Shown here one piece after another: positions 62,866 through 64,000 of a DNA stretch of 64,000 nt. The translations under genes and the position numbers were made by a program. Location of the stretch: the NCBI GenBank assembly GCA_010015585.1, contig ML975180.1; one strand, given 5' to 3'. This stretch comes from Eremomyces bilateralis CBS 781.70. Its lineage: Eukaryota. Position 1 is the first letter of the stretch. The number at the start of each line of letters is the position of its first letter. Below the pieces are notes generated by a model. The model was not told where the DNA came from, made no database searches, and was given only the letters and a program-made list of their open reading frames with translations.

Positions 62866-64000
62866 TAACTCACTAATATTAACTTATTCAGTCTGGAACA
62901 AGCCAAGCGTTTGGGATTTCCAGTTTTCACCTTCGTATCCCTCGGGCCCCGCGAGGTTCTTCTGGACTGAACTCCACGTCCAGCCATGGGAGGGTACGTA
63001 CCCTAACTTCGGGCGCCCTAGAATGCGACGGATGTGGAATGACGAATGGGGAGCATCGCGTACGCCGTCCGACAGCCCCGACGGCCGACGGCCCCCACAG
63101 CGACTGGGAATCCTAATGGTTATGCATTAACCACATTCGATTAGATACAAATCGGTCCGAGATGGAAGTGGGGCACAGTACGCACAATGCTGAGTCAGTC
63201 TGAACTCATCTTTGGCTGATTGTCAGTTGGTCACCATTCATCTTGGTCAATACACGAAGACTTGGCGGAAGCTAAGAAAGGTTGCATTAATGGAATCATA
63301 AGTCATAAAACTGTATGTTTGGTTTTAAGTTCTGACATCGAGAATAGTGATGGTGCCGATCCCAACATGTCTGATCGAGAAGAGCTGATGCGATCGCTCT
63401 TGGTGCTGATTCGTCAAACGTCTGCGGGCTCGGAAGAATCAACGAACTATGTCACCGTCAGGCGAGCGTCAGCAGTCAGATTTGACATTGCGTCTTCGAA
63501 GTTAGAAGTTCGACCATCCATATTATGTATGGTCCAGGTAGTGAGGTGAAATCGCGATGGCCCCCGCCAGGCGACACCTGTCCTTCAGAGTTCAGCATCT
63601 GGGGATCCTCAAAAATGTGAAGTCGATGATGTCTTGCAGCTTGCTTGCATCGAGAATAGAAGGGGAGATTCCCGGGCCCCAAGAGCCTCAATTGCGGGCG
63701 ATGCCACCACACCCGGAGCCCGGGCGTCCGGGATGGTTCGAAAATTAATATCGTCTCCCGCAGGCTGCGGTGCTACATAGGTCCTCCACTGCCCGGGGAG
63801 TTGGGACGGACATAACATCTAAATCTTGGGCCGTGAATTGGGATGCTGGAATCCTAATGGATCAGATTCTCGGGCTGTAGCATTCAGTCCTTTCAGGGAC
63901 CGCCCCAGTCCCACTTAACGTCGGATCTATCGCTGCCGAATTGCACAAGTAGCGGATCCAAGGGTAAACTAAGCGACTAGGTCGGAATTATACAGCAAAT

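Noticed and set aside
63220..63860. Short ORFs and a ggaatcctaatgg repeat (~63107, ~63849) as a gene or LTR
   Set aside because: No domain evidence and the repeat is too short for LTRs; the window ends before context can be judged.

Overview
Gene-dense, intron-rich genomic DNA from a filamentous ascomycete (Pezizomycotina-type GT..CTRAC..YAG introns, Zn2Cys6 factors). I can support 16 host protein-coding genes: an MFS transporter (5' partial), a UaY/Ppr1-type C6 regulator, a JmjC hydroxylase, a PTH11-like membrane protein, Sfi1, a UBE2W-type E2, an orphan Zn-cluster protein, Hsp70-Ssb, a choline/ethanolamine phosphotransferase, a DUF3752 protein, a second C6 regulator, Vps8, Cia2, a secreted GH24 lysozyme, Tra1 and dynactin p27. 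Three DNA transposons lie in promoter regions: an hAT element with an intact transposase but no target-site duplication, a Tc1/mariner element whose transposase is split by a -1 frame change at A_AAA_AAC, and a ~390-bp MITE. The most interesting item is largely missed by the ORF track: a 5-exon secreted phage-type (GH24) muramidase with two tandem six-cysteine, beta-defensin-like modules, one repeat unit being encoded by a symmetric phase-0 exon. All calls come from reading motifs and splice signals by eye; no database search was run.
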